Origin: a bacterium
Lineage (GTDB): Bacteria > Zhuqueibacterota > Zhuqueibacteria > Residuimicrobiales > Krinioviventaceae
Length of the DNA: 64,000 nucleotides
NCBI GenBank assembly: GCA_963675755.2
Contig: CAXXMD010000003.1
Coordinates: forward strand, 2,784,001 to 2,848,000
Direction: 5' to 3'
Each line of letters opens with the position of its first letter. Position 1 is the first letter of the stretch. Shown piece by piece: positions 19,197 through 29,230 of the stretch. The position numbers and the translations under genes were made by a program. The notes beneath the pieces were generated by a model. The model did no database searches, was not told the DNA's origin, and saw only the letters and a list, made by a program, of their open reading frames with translations.

Positions 19197-20075
19197 ATGC
19201 AAGTACGAACAACTGTGATTTTGATATTGGCAGCATTCAGTCAACTGTTTGCGATTCCACATGGCAAGGTAGTTGAAGGATTAAAGATGAAAAGTGAAAT
19301 TGTGGGTTACGATGTAAACTTTTCTGTGTATTTACCACCGGATTATGATTACTCGAGCCGGGCGTATCCGGTTGTGTATTTGCTGCACGGATACAGCGAT
19401 AATGAAACCGCCTGGGTGCAGTTTGGTCAAGTTCATATGGCAGCGGATGAGGCCATTGCCAACCGCGAAATACCAGCCATGATCATTGTTATGCCCGATG
19501 CCAAAATAACCTGGTATGCCAATGACATTGCCGGCAAGAATCGTTATGAAGATATGTTTTTTGAAGAATTGATACCCTATGTAGAATCCATTTATCGTAT
19601 TCGTGCGAAAAAAGAGTATCGTGGTGTTTGCGGGCTGTCAATGGGAGGATTCGGATCGCTGTTGTATGCCATGCACCATCCCGACATGTTTGCGGCTTGC
19701 GCTCCGTTCAGTGCCGGTGTTTTTACCGATGCAGAAATGGTAGATATGGAAACCAAAACATATTCTCATTATTTTCAAAACTTGTTTAGTGACAGTCATG
19801 ACAGCGACAAACGTTTGACTGCGTATTGGAAGGATAACAATCCTTTAGATCTTGCCAAAACCCTGCCGGTAGAATCCTTAAAAAGTGTGCGCTATTATAT
19901 AGATTGCGGGGATGATGATTTTCTGATTCGTGGTAACTGTGAGCTGCATTTAACACTCAAAGATCGGGAAATTCCTCACGAGTTCAGGGTAAGAGACGGT
20001 TCGCACAGCTGGACCTATTGGCGCACCGGTATTGCAGATGCGTTGAAATTTATCGGCAAGAGCTTTCATAGATAA
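19197..20075 (+). CDS. Secreted esterase, alpha/beta-hydrolase (CE1/FrmB-like)
   Basis: Signal peptide; 'YPVVYLLHG', GLSMGG, 'DCGDDDFL', 'GSHSWTYW'. Confidence 0.9.
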   Translation: MQVRTTVILILAAFSQLFAIPHGKVVEGLKMKSEIVGYDVNFSVYLPPDYDYSSRAYPVVYLLHGYSDNETAWVQFGQVHMAADEAIANREIPAMIIVMPDAKITWYANDIAGKNRYEDMFFEELIPYVESIYRIRAKKEYRGVCGLSMGGFGSLLYAMHHPDMFAACAPFSAGVFTDAEMVDMETKTYSHYFQNLFSDSHDSDKRLTAYWKDNNPLDLAKTLPVESLKSVRYYIDCGDDDFLIRGNCELHLTLKDREIPHEFRVRDGSHSWTYWRTGIADALKFIGKSFHR

Positions 20076-23000
20076 TGAACAAGAATTTTAACATCCTGGA
20101 TGATTTCCATCCGGTTGTTGCGGAGTGGTTCCGTAAATCGTTTTCGGGACCGAGTCCGCCCCAGGTACAGGGTTGGCCTGCCATTGCATCCGGCAATCAT
20201 ACCCTGATTCTGGCTCCTACAGGTTCGGGTAAAACCCTGGCCTCGTTTTTATGGTGTATAGACAATGTGTTCCGCAAGGGATTAGAGAGTGACCGTTCGG
20301 ATTTTGCCGCTAATCGGGACGGTGTGCACACATTGTATATCTCTCCCCTGAAAGCACTGAATAATGATATTCATACCAACCTGCAGGTGCCCTTGTCCGG
20401 TATCCGCAAAACCGCACTCGAGCAGGGATTGGACCCACCTGACATCCGCACAGCGGTACGTACAGGTGATACGCCTTCACATGTACGGCAATCCATGGTC
20501 AAGAAGCCACCGCACATACTCATTACCACCCCGGAATCGCTTTACCTGCTGCTGACATCTGAACGGGGCAGAGAGATGTTTGGCAACCTCAAATATGTCA
20601 TCATTGACGAGATCCATTCTCTCAGCAATAACAAGCGCGGAACGCACATGAGCTTGTCTCTTGAGCGTTTGGAAGCCTTGTGCAAAACACCGCCGGTGCG
20701 TATTGGATTGTCTGCAACGCAGCGTCCTTTGGAGCGCATTGCCGCGTTTTTGGGCGGACAGGTGTATAATCCGGGAACGGATTCCTTTGCTCCCAGACCT
20801 GTGACCATTGTGGATTGCGGTCAGCGTAAAGAACTGGATTTAAAAGTAATCTCACCGGTCAAGGATTTCAACGATTTGCCGGATTCAACCATCTGGCCCG
20901 CTTTGATTGATACGTTGTATAATCTGATCCTTGCGCATGAAACTACCCTGGTATTTGTCAATATGCGCGCCCAGGCTGAAAAAATTGCCCGGCAGATTAA
21001 TGAGAAACATGCCGAGAATGCAGGCGGCATGGATGGCCCCATTGCATTGTCTCATCACGGCAGTATTTCTCGCGAGATGCGTTACGATATTGAAAGTACC
21101 TTGAAAAAAGGCGAGATCCCCGCGGTCATTGCCACATCGTCTTTAGAACTGGGAATTGATATTGGTAGTATTGACCTGGTGGTACAGGTTGAGACCCCCA
21201 AAACTGTTGCATCCACATTACAGCGCGTTGGGCGCAGCGGGCACCTGCTCTCTGCAACCAGCAAAGGGCGAATTATCCCATTATATCAGTCTGATCTGGA
21301 TGACGCGGTTGCGTTCATTCGCTTTATGCGTGAAGGAGAGATTGAGGAAACCCACATTCCGGAAAACGGCCTGGATGTGCTTGCACAGCAGATTGTTGCC
21401 GAAGTATCCATGCGCGAGTGGCAGCGGATTGATTTATATCGATTGTTGCGGGGAAGTTACAGCTATCGCAATTTGACGGAAACGGTCTTTAACAATATTG
21501 TGGATATGCTGAACGGCAGGTTCGGGCATACTGAACTTCGGGCCTTGCAGCCGCGCCTGACCTGGGATACTGTCAATGACAGACTCATTACCCGAAGGGG
21601 CTCGCGGTTGACCGCTGTTATGAATGGCGGTACCATTGCGGACCGTGCTTATTTTGGTGTGTATTTGCAGGACAGCGGCACCCGTATTGGTGAAATGGAA
21701 GAAGAATTTGCCTTTGAATCCCGTGTGGGGGATGTGTTCTTTTTGGGCAATAACGAGTGGCGTATAAACGAGATCACCAAAGATAGAATCATTGTATCTC
21801 CATTGGGATCACCAACTCCGCGTCCGCCTTTTTGGAAGAGTGAGCCGCTTTACAGAGATTTTGAAACCAGCTCTAAAATCGGGTCATGGCGTGAACAGGT
21901 ATTGAGTTATTTGAAAAAGCCGGACGAACTGGCGCATGATTTTGATCTTGATGCTGACACTGCTGAAAATGTATTGGATTATCTGAAACGACAGTTTGAG
22001 CAGACCGGTGAGCTGCCTACGGACAAGCGTATTGTGATAGAATATTTCAGGGATTCGGTGGGCGAGCCGCAGGTGGTGATACACGGTCCTTATGGCGGTA
22101 AAGTGCTGGGTGCCTGGGCAACAGTACTTTGTGCAGTCCTTGAGAAACGTTTTGATGTTCAGGTACAGTATTCCTATGATGATGACAGCATATTGATCCG
22201 TTTGCTGGACGTGACCGAACATCCGGACATGGAGGCACTGTTGAAAATTACAGCGGATGAGGCAGAAGAGATTTTAACAGCTTATATCCCCACAACACCG
22301 CTGTTTGCCATCCGGTTCAGGCACAACGCAACCCGTGCCTTGTTGCTGCAACGTTCACGTGCGGATATGCGAATCCCGCTCTGGCTGCAGCGTTTACGGG
22401 CCTCTGATTTGTTGCAGGTTGTACAGGAATTTCCGGATTTTCCCATCATCATCGAGACTATGCGTGATTGTTTGCAGGATGTGTTTGATGTGGCGGGTAT
22501 GAAAAAAGTAATCAACGATATACATGAAAAGAGCATAGCAGTACATACGGTGCATACATCCTCTCCGTCACCAATGGCATCCGGTGTTTTGTTCAGGCTG
22601 CTGGCAGAGTACATGTACGAGTATGACCAAACTCGCACAACCGGATTTGCCGCAGAAATCAGCAGTGATCTACTGGCGGATGTACTGCAAAAAGAAGTGA
22701 TACCCGCTATAGTGGGCCGCGAGATTATAGACGAAGCGGAATCCCGCTGGCAGCATATCGCTGCCGACAGCAGGGCGAAAGACGCGGAAGATTTGTTCTC
22801 GATTATACAAAAGCTGGGGCCGTTAACAGATACTGACCTTACTGATCGGTCTGCAATGGATCCTGATGAATGGATTGTGAATTTGCAACAGCAGAAGCGC
22901 ATCTATAAAATTGACAAGGGATGGATCACCATCCAGGAAAAGAATTATTATGAATATCCGCAGGAACCTGAACATTGCAAATGGATTGTTAATAAAATTT

Positions 23001-24577
23001 TTCGTGGACGTGGACCATTATTGATAATTGAGATTGTTGAGCAAACCAAGTTGGATAAAAATGCTGTTACTGCTGCAGTTGAATCGCTGGTTAAAGATAA
23101 AGTGCTGGTTAGCGGCACGCTGGTTGAAAATGAGATCGGCACATTTTATTGCGATCGGCATAATTTTGCGCAATTGTATCGTCGTGCTATTGTTATTCGC
23201 CGGCAGGCTATGCGCCCTGGTGACAGAAATCTGTTTTACCGATTTTTGTTAAACTGGCATCGCATCCACAAAGCAGATACATCTGTGGACGAGATCGTCC
23301 GGCAATACAGCGGATTGTATTTGCCAACCGGTGTGTTTGAGCGAGATATTCTGCGCAGCAGACTGATCAATGATACTGACCATGTGGACGTTCTAGTGGA
23401 TTTTGTAAATTCGTTTATGAACAGTGGAGACATCCATATACGGGCACAAAAGGAACGCGCGGGCACGCAGACCCGGGTATGTTATACCAGTCGGGGAGAG
23501 GGCAGTATTTTAAAAGCCTCTGCGGAAATACGAGAGACAGCAGATGATATAAAAGGAGAAGAAGCGCAAACCGTTCTATTATTTCTGCGGGATAACGGTG
23601 CCAGTCATTTCAAAGACATTTGTGACGGTTCCGGGCTTTCTCAGGTTCAGACGGAAAATGGACTGTACGAGCTGGCTTTGAGTGGATTGGTGAGTTGTGA
23701 CCATTATTCCAGTTTCCTCAGGATTATTGGCAGGACAGTGAAAAACGAAGAAAAAACAGTGTCATCGGGATGGCACGACGAGATCAAGCCGGCTTTTCCC
23801 CGGGGACCGGTAACCCGTCATGGCCGGAGAGCACAGCGGCCCAGTCGGCACGAGATCCGATCCCGGTTACCGCGATACGAAGGCAGATGGACGCTGACCA
23901 CCGCATTTGCCGTGCATGGCAAAGAGCTTGAGGATGATGCTCGTGCTGAAAAACAGGCCCGGCTGTTGTTGCAGCGATATGGTGTGCTGGTCAAAGAGTT
24001 TTATCGGCGCGAATCCGGACTAATGCCATGGTACCGTATTTTTCGGGCCCTGAAACGTATGGAATGGAGCGGAGAGATCAGAAGGGGATATTTTATTGAA
24101 GGGCTTTCAGGAGTTCAGTTTGCTTTACCCGAAGCAGTGCGAAAGCTGGAATCCCTGCAAACCGGAGAGGCAAAAACCAGTACCGGTCCGGCTTTGTTGA
24201 CGGCTGTAGACCCTGCGTTACCCTTTGGCGGGACCATTGATTGGGGCTTGACAGATCTGGCGGGAAAATCCATTTCAGTGACACGTTTGCCGTCGAACCA
24301 TTTGTGTTTTGTGGATGATCGTCCCGTTGTGTATTCAGAAAATTACGGCGCACGCTTGTTTTTATGCAGCGAGTTTAAACCGGAATATACCGATGAACTG
24401 GCCCAGGCGCTCAAATTGTTTTTAAAATTGCCGGAAATGTATCGTCCCAAACGCAAGCTGGAAATTCAAACGATTGATGGAAATCCTGCGGCAGAACATG
24501 AACTTGCAAAGGTTTTTTTGAACTATGGTTACGAAGTTGATAGCAAAACACTGGTACTATGGCCGAGTGGGGTGTGA
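20075..24577 (+). CDS. lhr: Full-length Lhr SF2 helicase with C-terminal winged-helix/glycosylase-like extension
   Basis: APTGSGKT, DEIH, SAT, 'HHGSIS', 'TSSLELGIDIG', QRVGRSGH, 'LLQRYGV', 'GEIRRGYF'. Confidence 0.93.
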   Translation: MNKNFNILDDFHPVVAEWFRKSFSGPSPPQVQGWPAIASGNHTLILAPTGSGKTLASFLWCIDNVFRKGLESDRSDFAANRDGVHTLYISPLKALNNDIHTNLQVPLSGIRKTALEQGLDPPDIRTAVRTGDTPSHVRQSMVKKPPHILITTPESLYLLLTSERGREMFGNLKYVIIDEIHSLSNNKRGTHMSLSLERLEALCKTPPVRIGLSATQRPLERIAAFLGGQVYNPGTDSFAPRPVTIVDCGQRKELDLKVISPVKDFNDLPDSTIWPALIDTLYNLILAHETTLVFVNMRAQAEKIARQINEKHAENAGGMDGPIALSHHGSISREMRYDIESTLKKGEIPAVIATSSLELGIDIGSIDLVVQVETPKTVASTLQRVGRSGHLLSATSKGRIIPLYQSDLDDAVAFIRFMREGEIEETHIPENGLDVLAQQIVAEVSMREWQRIDLYRLLRGSYSYRNLTETVFNNIVDMLNGRFGHTELRALQPRLTWDTVNDRLITRRGSRLTAVMNGGTIADRAYFGVYLQDSGTRIGEMEEEFAFESRVGDVFFLGNNEWRINEITKDRIIVSPLGSPTPRPPFWKSEPLYRDFETSSKIGSWREQVLSYLKKPDELAHDFDLDADTAENVLDYLKRQFEQTGELPTDKRIVIEYFRDSVGEPQVVIHGPYGGKVLGAWATVLCAVLEKRFDVQVQYSYDDDSILIRLLDVTEHPDMEALLKITADEAEEILTAYIPTTPLFAIRFRHNATRALLLQRSRADMRIPLWLQRLRASDLLQVVQEFPDFPIIIETMRDCLQDVFDVAGMKKVINDIHEKSIAVHTVHTSSPSPMASGVLFRLLAEYMYEYDQTRTTGFAAEISSDLLADVLQKEVIPAIVGREIIDEAESRWQHIAADSRAKDAEDLFSIIQKLGPLTDTDLTDRSAMDPDEWIVNLQQQKRIYKIDKGWITIQEKNYYEYPQEPEHCKWIVNKIFRGRGPLLIIEIVEQTKLDKNAVTAAVESLVKDKVLVSGTLVENEIGTFYCDRHNFAQLYRRAIVIRRQAMRPGDRNLFYRFLLNWHRIHKADTSVDEIVRQYSGLYLPTGVFERDILRSRLINDTDHVDVLVDFVNSFMNSGDIHIRAQKERAGTQTRVCYTSRGEGSILKASAEIRETADDIKGEEAQTVLLFLRDNGASHFKDICDGSGLSQVQTENGLYELALSGLVSCDHYSSFLRIIGRTVKNEEKTVSSGWHDEIKPAFPRGPVTRHGRRAQRPSRHEIRSRLPRYEGRWTLTTAFAVHGKELEDDARAEKQARLLLQRYGVLVKEFYRRESGLMPWYRIFRALKRMEWSGEIRRGYFIEGLSGVQFALPEAVRKLESLQTGEAKTSTGPALLTAVDPALPFGGTIDWGLTDLAGKSISVTRLPSNHLCFVDDRPVVYSENYGARLFLCSEFKPEYTDELAQALKLFLKLPEMYRPKRKLEIQTIDGNPAAEHELAKVFLNYGYEVDSKTLVLWPSGV

Positions 24578-24616
24578 ACTCTGATCTAATAAAAAGATTC
24601 AACTTTATGGATTGAG

Positions 24617-25300
24617 TCAATCTTCCTGCAACTTGCCAAAACGGTTGCGTTGGAAAAATTTTGTATTCAGTTTTAAAAAGTTTTGAACGGATTGTACCAG
24701 TTGGGATTTACGTCCGGTTTTGTAATACAGATATGCTGCCAGCGACATAAACATTGCTCCCGAAGAATCCACAATCAAATCCCACATGGTATCATGCAGA
24801 CTTCCTCGCTGCATATTACCGTTAAACAGATTATCTACGGTAAACTCGAAAATCTCCCACAAGGCACCAAATGATACGGAAAAAGTGAATGCAAAAATAC
24901 ACATGAATTTACGATCCAGCACCAGGTCTATTCTGGCATTGTGGTTTAAAATCCAGACCAGTAAAAGTCCTACCACTCCCAAGAGTACCCCGGAAGTTCC
25001 ATGCAGAAAAAGGTCCCACCACCAAAAGCGTTCGTAAAAATCAAAGATCTCTCCAAGGAACATGGAGGCAAAAATAAACAGAATGGTAACCAGTTCAAAT
25101 TCTGTCGGCAGGATTAGGTGATAATGCTTGGCAAACAATGTGGGAGTAATGGACAGCGCCATAATACTTATTATTGTCAAAACATTGAACCAGTCCATGC
25201 GAAATGCAGAGATGACCAGGCCCAATAGTATTATAACTTGAAGAGATAGTTTGATAATTCTTTGTACACGTGTAATGGGGGGATGTATGGTATTTTCCAT
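24617..25300 (-). CDS. Integral membrane protein (DUF2238/YjdF-like)
   Basis: Multiple TM helices; 'WWDLFLHGTSG', 'ALWEIFEF', 'DTMWDL'. Confidence 0.75.
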   Translation of the reverse strand: MENTIHPPITRVQRIIKLSLQVIILLGLVISAFRMDWFNVLTIISIMALSITPTLFAKHYHLILPTEFELVTILFIFASMFLGEIFDFYERFWWWDLFLHGTSGVLLGVVGLLLVWILNHNARIDLVLDRKFMCIFAFTFSVSFGALWEIFEFTVDNLFNGNMQRGSLHDTMWDLIVDSSGAMFMSLAAYLYYKTGRKSQLVQSVQNFLKLNTKFFQRNRFGKLQED

Positions 25301-25375
25301 TGTTGAATTCCTATTTTATTACTTTCAAAATAAAAATCACCAATGAAAAATTCAACAAATATAATGAAAAATGAA

Positions 25376-25411
25376 AAGAAAAATGTCCGCAAGGCGCTTA
25401 TACCTTGCGGA
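25376..25411 (-). terminator. Intrinsic terminator
   Basis: TCCGCAAGG/CCTTGCGGA stem with a nearby U-run on the minus strand. Confidence 0.6.
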
Positions 25412-25419
25412 TAGCAGGT

Positions 25420-25977
25420 TTACATCTTTTCTGCCAATTGTTTATCAAACATTTTATCCATTTCTAAATGGAGAAACGTGAAAACATCGCCTTCCATTAA
25501 CATTTCTTCACTGAGTTTAACGGATGTGGACAAAGACGGGTCATTAAGATAAATTTCGGCCAGCTTTGCATCTACCTGGAGATGATATAGGGGGTCATTC
25601 GTGATCATTTTATCAAGGGGATTGTTGAATTTGGTCATGTCAAGCTGTGGACAATCAGATTTTAATAATACCAATATATGCAAAGTGCTGTGGCGAATCC
25701 AGGCGGATTCATGTGACAAGTTTTTGGTCCAGAGATCAGTTGTCTCTTTCATGGCTTTAGAATTGATAAAATTATCAAATTCTTTCATCTTTTTTTTGGG
25801 ATATGTGGCTTTATAGTCGTTCAGTTTGGACAGGGCTTCGAGTTGTGCTTCTCTGTTGGAAGAGGACAATGCTTTGAGGTATCTGGAGATTTCCTTTTCA
25901 ATCTCATCTGGTAAGTTTTCTGAAAAACAAATACCCGTGAAACTCAGGAACACTGCAAAAATGAGTAATTTTTTCAT
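25420..25977 (-). CDS. Secreted helical (HEAT-like) hypothetical protein
   Basis: MKKLLIF start with AAGGAG RBS; signal peptide; two similar helical units. Confidence 0.65.
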   Translation of the reverse strand: MKKLLIFAVFLSFTGICFSENLPDEIEKEISRYLKALSSSNREAQLEALSKLNDYKATYPKKKMKEFDNFINSKAMKETTDLWTKNLSHESAWIRHSTLHILVLLKSDCPQLDMTKFNNPLDKMITNDPLYHLQVDAKLAEIYLNDPSLSTSVKLSEEMLMEGDVFTFLHLEMDKMFDKQLAEKM

Positions 25978-26415
25978 TTCTTTCTCCTTGATAAAATGAT
26001 GTATGTCAAATAGCTGGTTAGACCGGACCACTGAATGAATTTCATTCATTTGCGACCGGAAGATTATAACAGATTGTGAATGTATTGTATTCCGAATGAG
26101 AGAATTAAATCACAATTATTGTTAAAGTTGTTGATAATTATATTATTATCTGTATCAAGAGATGTTAATCGAGTGTGTTGTATTGTTGTTTTTTGTATCT
26201 GGGGGATTTGTGGCAATATCTATTGCTGCAGTATCAACAGAGATGATGTTTGTCGGATGCAGGCAAAGCGCAAGATGTATCGAATAGAACTTTTAAGAAT
26301 CGGTTTAATCTTGAGTGTTGTTTTCAGCTAGGGTTGTTTTGATTGTTACCCTGGTGGAACCTATGCAATCTAGAATTATTTTATATAATCATTTGAGTAA
26401 AATGACTGTTGAAAT

Positions 26416-26445
26416 AAAAAATCGAGAGTAATTACTCCCGATTTT
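26416..26445 (-). terminator. Intrinsic terminator
   Basis: ATCGAGAGTA/TACTCCCGAT stem flanked by A/T runs. Confidence 0.6.
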
Positions 26446-26449
26446 ACTT

Positions 26450-27748
26450 TTATTCTTTAATATATGTGATCTTGAAAACAACCGGGTTGGGCCAGGTGCG
26501 GTCATTGTAAAGACGCTGTGCCCGCGTGGCTGTTACTTGCAAACCTTCCGGTTTTTGTTGCCATGTGGTTTTGGGAATGCGTTCGGTATTGTATTCCAGA
26601 ACTTTGTCATTTTGTCCCAGTATAGATACGGTAGAATTGTTACTGATTTCAATTCCCGGCAGCAATAATGTTTTTTCTTGTCCCCATTTCCAGGGAGCAC
26701 CGGTAACAAACGCATAAACGGTATTTTCTGTTTTATGTCGGGTAAACCAGAGACTGTCAGATTTTGCTGTTTTCCAGGGTAATACGTTGTAAATGGCTTC
26801 TCCATTCACAAACATCCACAAGCCCACTTCTCTCAATATGTTTTGCTGATCTGTGGGGATTTCTCCTTCAGGATCAGGACCGATATTCATCAACATATTA
26901 CCGCCCTTGGCGCGGGTTTCAATGAGATTTGTTATCACCTCGTTAGCACTCATGTATTTCTCATTGGTAGGCTTGAATTGCCAGGAAGTACCCAGGGTAA
27001 AGCAGGCTTCCCAGGGTTCAATATCTGTCATATCCGGGAGTTTTGCGCTTGTTGATGGCGCAATTTCAGGAGTATTCATTGCTCCACGGGTAATTACCGC
27101 ATCCGGTTGCAGCTCCCATGTCAGTTCAACCAGACCATTTTCCTGTCCGTCAAAAAAGACAATGTCGATGGGCCCATATTGTGTCATTAATTCTTTGACC
27201 TGGACTTTATTGGTTTGCATCAATTCCGGATTATTCAGGGGCAGTACCTCGGGTCTGCGGCGGCTGATCAGCGTGCCTTGCTGATGCAGAACGTAAAAAT
27301 CGTCCGGAGAAAAATAAAATCCCACACGAATGCCCGCATCCCGAAATGCTTTAACGATCTCTGCGGTAATGTCTTTGCCATATGGTGTATTCATGATGTT
27401 GAAATCATTTGTTTTACTGTCAAACATGCAAAAACCGGAATGGTGCTTGGTTGTAAAAACCACATATTTGAATCCCGCTGTTTTGGCGAGCCTTGCCCAT
27501 GCTTGTGGATTGAAATTTTGCGGATTGAAATTGGCCGGTAGATCATTAATAAATTTTTGTACATACTCATCCGAGGCACCAACCATAGAGTGGCTGATTA
27601 CTGAACCTATCTGACTGTCAACACCCCAGTGGATAAACATACCAAAGCCCAAATCACGGAACCATTCCAAACGTTCCGGTTTGTTTTCAGCAAATAAAAA
27701 GTGGGGAAGTATAAGGAATAATAAAATAATGTAATATTTCCGTTTCAT
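26450..27748 (-). CDS. Alpha-L-fucosidase, GH29
   Basis: 'FGMFIHWG', 'FTTKHHSGF', 'FFDG', 'GGNMLMNIGP'; start MKRKYY with GGGAGG RBS. Confidence 0.92.
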   Translation of the reverse strand: MKRKYYIILLFLILPHFLFAENKPERLEWFRDLGFGMFIHWGVDSQIGSVISHSMVGASDEYVQKFINDLPANFNPQNFNPQAWARLAKTAGFKYVVFTTKHHSGFCMFDSKTNDFNIMNTPYGKDITAEIVKAFRDAGIRVGFYFSPDDFYVLHQQGTLISRRRPEVLPLNNPELMQTNKVQVKELMTQYGPIDIVFFDGQENGLVELTWELQPDAVITRGAMNTPEIAPSTSAKLPDMTDIEPWEACFTLGTSWQFKPTNEKYMSANEVITNLIETRAKGGNMLMNIGPDPEGEIPTDQQNILREVGLWMFVNGEAIYNVLPWKTAKSDSLWFTRHKTENTVYAFVTGAPWKWGQEKTLLLPGIEISNNSTVSILGQNDKVLEYNTERIPKTTWQQKPEGLQVTATRAQRLYNDRTWPNPVVFKITYIKE

Positions 27749-27765
27749 GCTGCCTCCCTTGTTTA

Positions 27766-28407
27766 TTATAAAACAATCCAGAGTTTTATGGCAAAGCTTG
27801 CCTGATAATCCCAAAAGGTATGGTGATTACTGGATTGAAAAACCACACCAATATCCGGTTTGAGATAATTGGTGATATAAAATTTAGTGCCAAAACGTAT
27901 ACGGTTTATGTTTGCGTAATGGTCTGTTGCGTTGTAAAAGATTTCATCATTTAAATAGAATGAAAACTCTTTGCCTTTAATATAATAATCCGTTGCTACC
28001 TGGGTACGATTTTTATAGACGCGAATATTGTAATTGTCTTTGCGATCTCTGTACTCAAATTTGTGCTGATTTGATATTTCCCAGGGACCGCGTTCATATT
28101 TGAAATTTAATCTCAATACCGGTTTCTGTTCCGGGACCCATTCCGAACCTTTAATGGAACCCCTTTGATAGGTTACACCAATATCCAGCCAGGGTTTGAA
28201 TGCATATGACAGTTCTATACTTATTTTTTTAAAATTTTGTTCCGACGCGTCATTGCGGAACCGGTTTTCACCATCGCTTTGTAATTTCCAGGAATCATTG
28301 AATTCATGTTGAAATCCATAACCACCCCAGAATTGGTGGTCCATGTCCATTGCGTGGGAAAATGTGGTAATGATGATAATGCTGATAGGTATGAATGCTT
28401 TATACAA
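27766..28407 (-). CDS. DUF2490-like outer-membrane beta-barrel protein
   Basis: Signal peptide from TTG 28407; 'QFWGGY', 'ENRF', 'FYLNDEIFY', 'NRIRFG'. Confidence 0.7.
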   Translation of the reverse strand: MYKAFIPISIIIITTFSHAMDMDHQFWGGYGFQHEFNDSWKLQSDGENRFRNDASEQNFKKISIELSYAFKPWLDIGVTYQRGSIKGSEWVPEQKPVLRLNFKYERGPWEISNQHKFEYRDRKDNYNIRVYKNRTQVATDYYIKGKEFSFYLNDEIFYNATDHYANINRIRFGTKFYITNYLKPDIGVVFQSSNHHTFWDYQASFAIKLWIVL

Positions 28408-28568
28408 CTCGACTCTCTTTATAAAACATGAAAAATTAAATATAATCAATAAATTATAATAATTAAATATGAAAAATGCTAAATGTTGAAAAAAATACAT
28501 TATTTTACAGATCATTTTCATTTTAAATGCATCTAATATGCGTTGTTACTTAATAAAAGGAAGTTGAA

Positions 28569-29216
28569 ATGAATAGCGAACATGTGGAAATATTGAAAAA
28601 GGGAACGGAATTTTGGAACAGCTGGCGGCATGAAAACCCTGCTATTGTTCCGGATTTGCAGGATGCTGATCTGTCTGGAATGGATCTGCAGTTTGCAAAT
28701 TTACAAAGCGCGAATCTGTTTATGGCAAATTTGCGGGGAAGCAATCTTGGCAAGGCCAATTTAGAGACTGCGAATCTGGAAGGTGCAGACCTGGAAGGTG
28801 CAGCATTGTGGGAGGCCAATGCGTTTTCTGCCAATTTTCAATATGCCAATTTAGAAAATACAGTGCTTGAAAAAGCAAATCTGAAAAAAGCTGCTTTAAA
28901 TGGCGCGTCTCTGAACGGTGCGTTGTTGAATGACGCGGTGCTCTCGCAAGCCAATTTACAAAAAGCAGTATTATATAATGCAATTATGATCACTACCAAT
29001 CTGGATGAAGCCGATTTGTCTGACGCTAATTTAACAGGGGCAACTATTGCCTGCTGTCATGTAGGTGACTGGCGAATTAACGGTACCCGCTGTGACCATT
29101 TTTATTCGGACCGCGTGCGGCGCAAACGTCATCCGGCAAACGGTAATTTTCAGACCGGTGAGTTTGAAATGCTGTGGGGTCAGGGCCTCAAACAAAGCTG
29201 TGTGATTGGGGAATAG
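28569..29216 (+). CDS. Pentapeptide-repeat protein
   Basis: Long A(D/N)LxG/x repeats; typical 'WNSWR' N-terminus. Confidence 0.92.
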   Translation: MNSEHVEILKKGTEFWNSWRHENPAIVPDLQDADLSGMDLQFANLQSANLFMANLRGSNLGKANLETANLEGADLEGAALWEANAFSANFQYANLENTVLEKANLKKAALNGASLNGALLNDAVLSQANLQKAVLYNAIMITTNLDEADLSDANLTGATIACCHVGDWRINGTRCDHFYSDRVRRKRHPANGNFQTGEFEMLWGQGLKQSCVIGE

Positions 29217-29230
29217 AGACCTCCCCAATC
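29204..29230. terminator. Hairpin between convergent genes
   Basis: GATTGGGGA/TCCCCAATC. Confidence 0.5.

Noticed and set aside
26211-26227. sigma54 promoter TGGCAATATCTATTGCT
   Set aside because: GG-to-GC spacing is 11 rather than 10, and no gene lies downstream on that strand
26080-26331. 83-aa + strand ORF
   Set aside because: No RBS or recognisable family; Cys/Val/Ile bias follows from the TG-rich DNA
28569-29216. Qnr-type resistance or DNA tandem repeat
   Set aside because: Ordinary pentapeptide repeats with no Qnr-specific evidence
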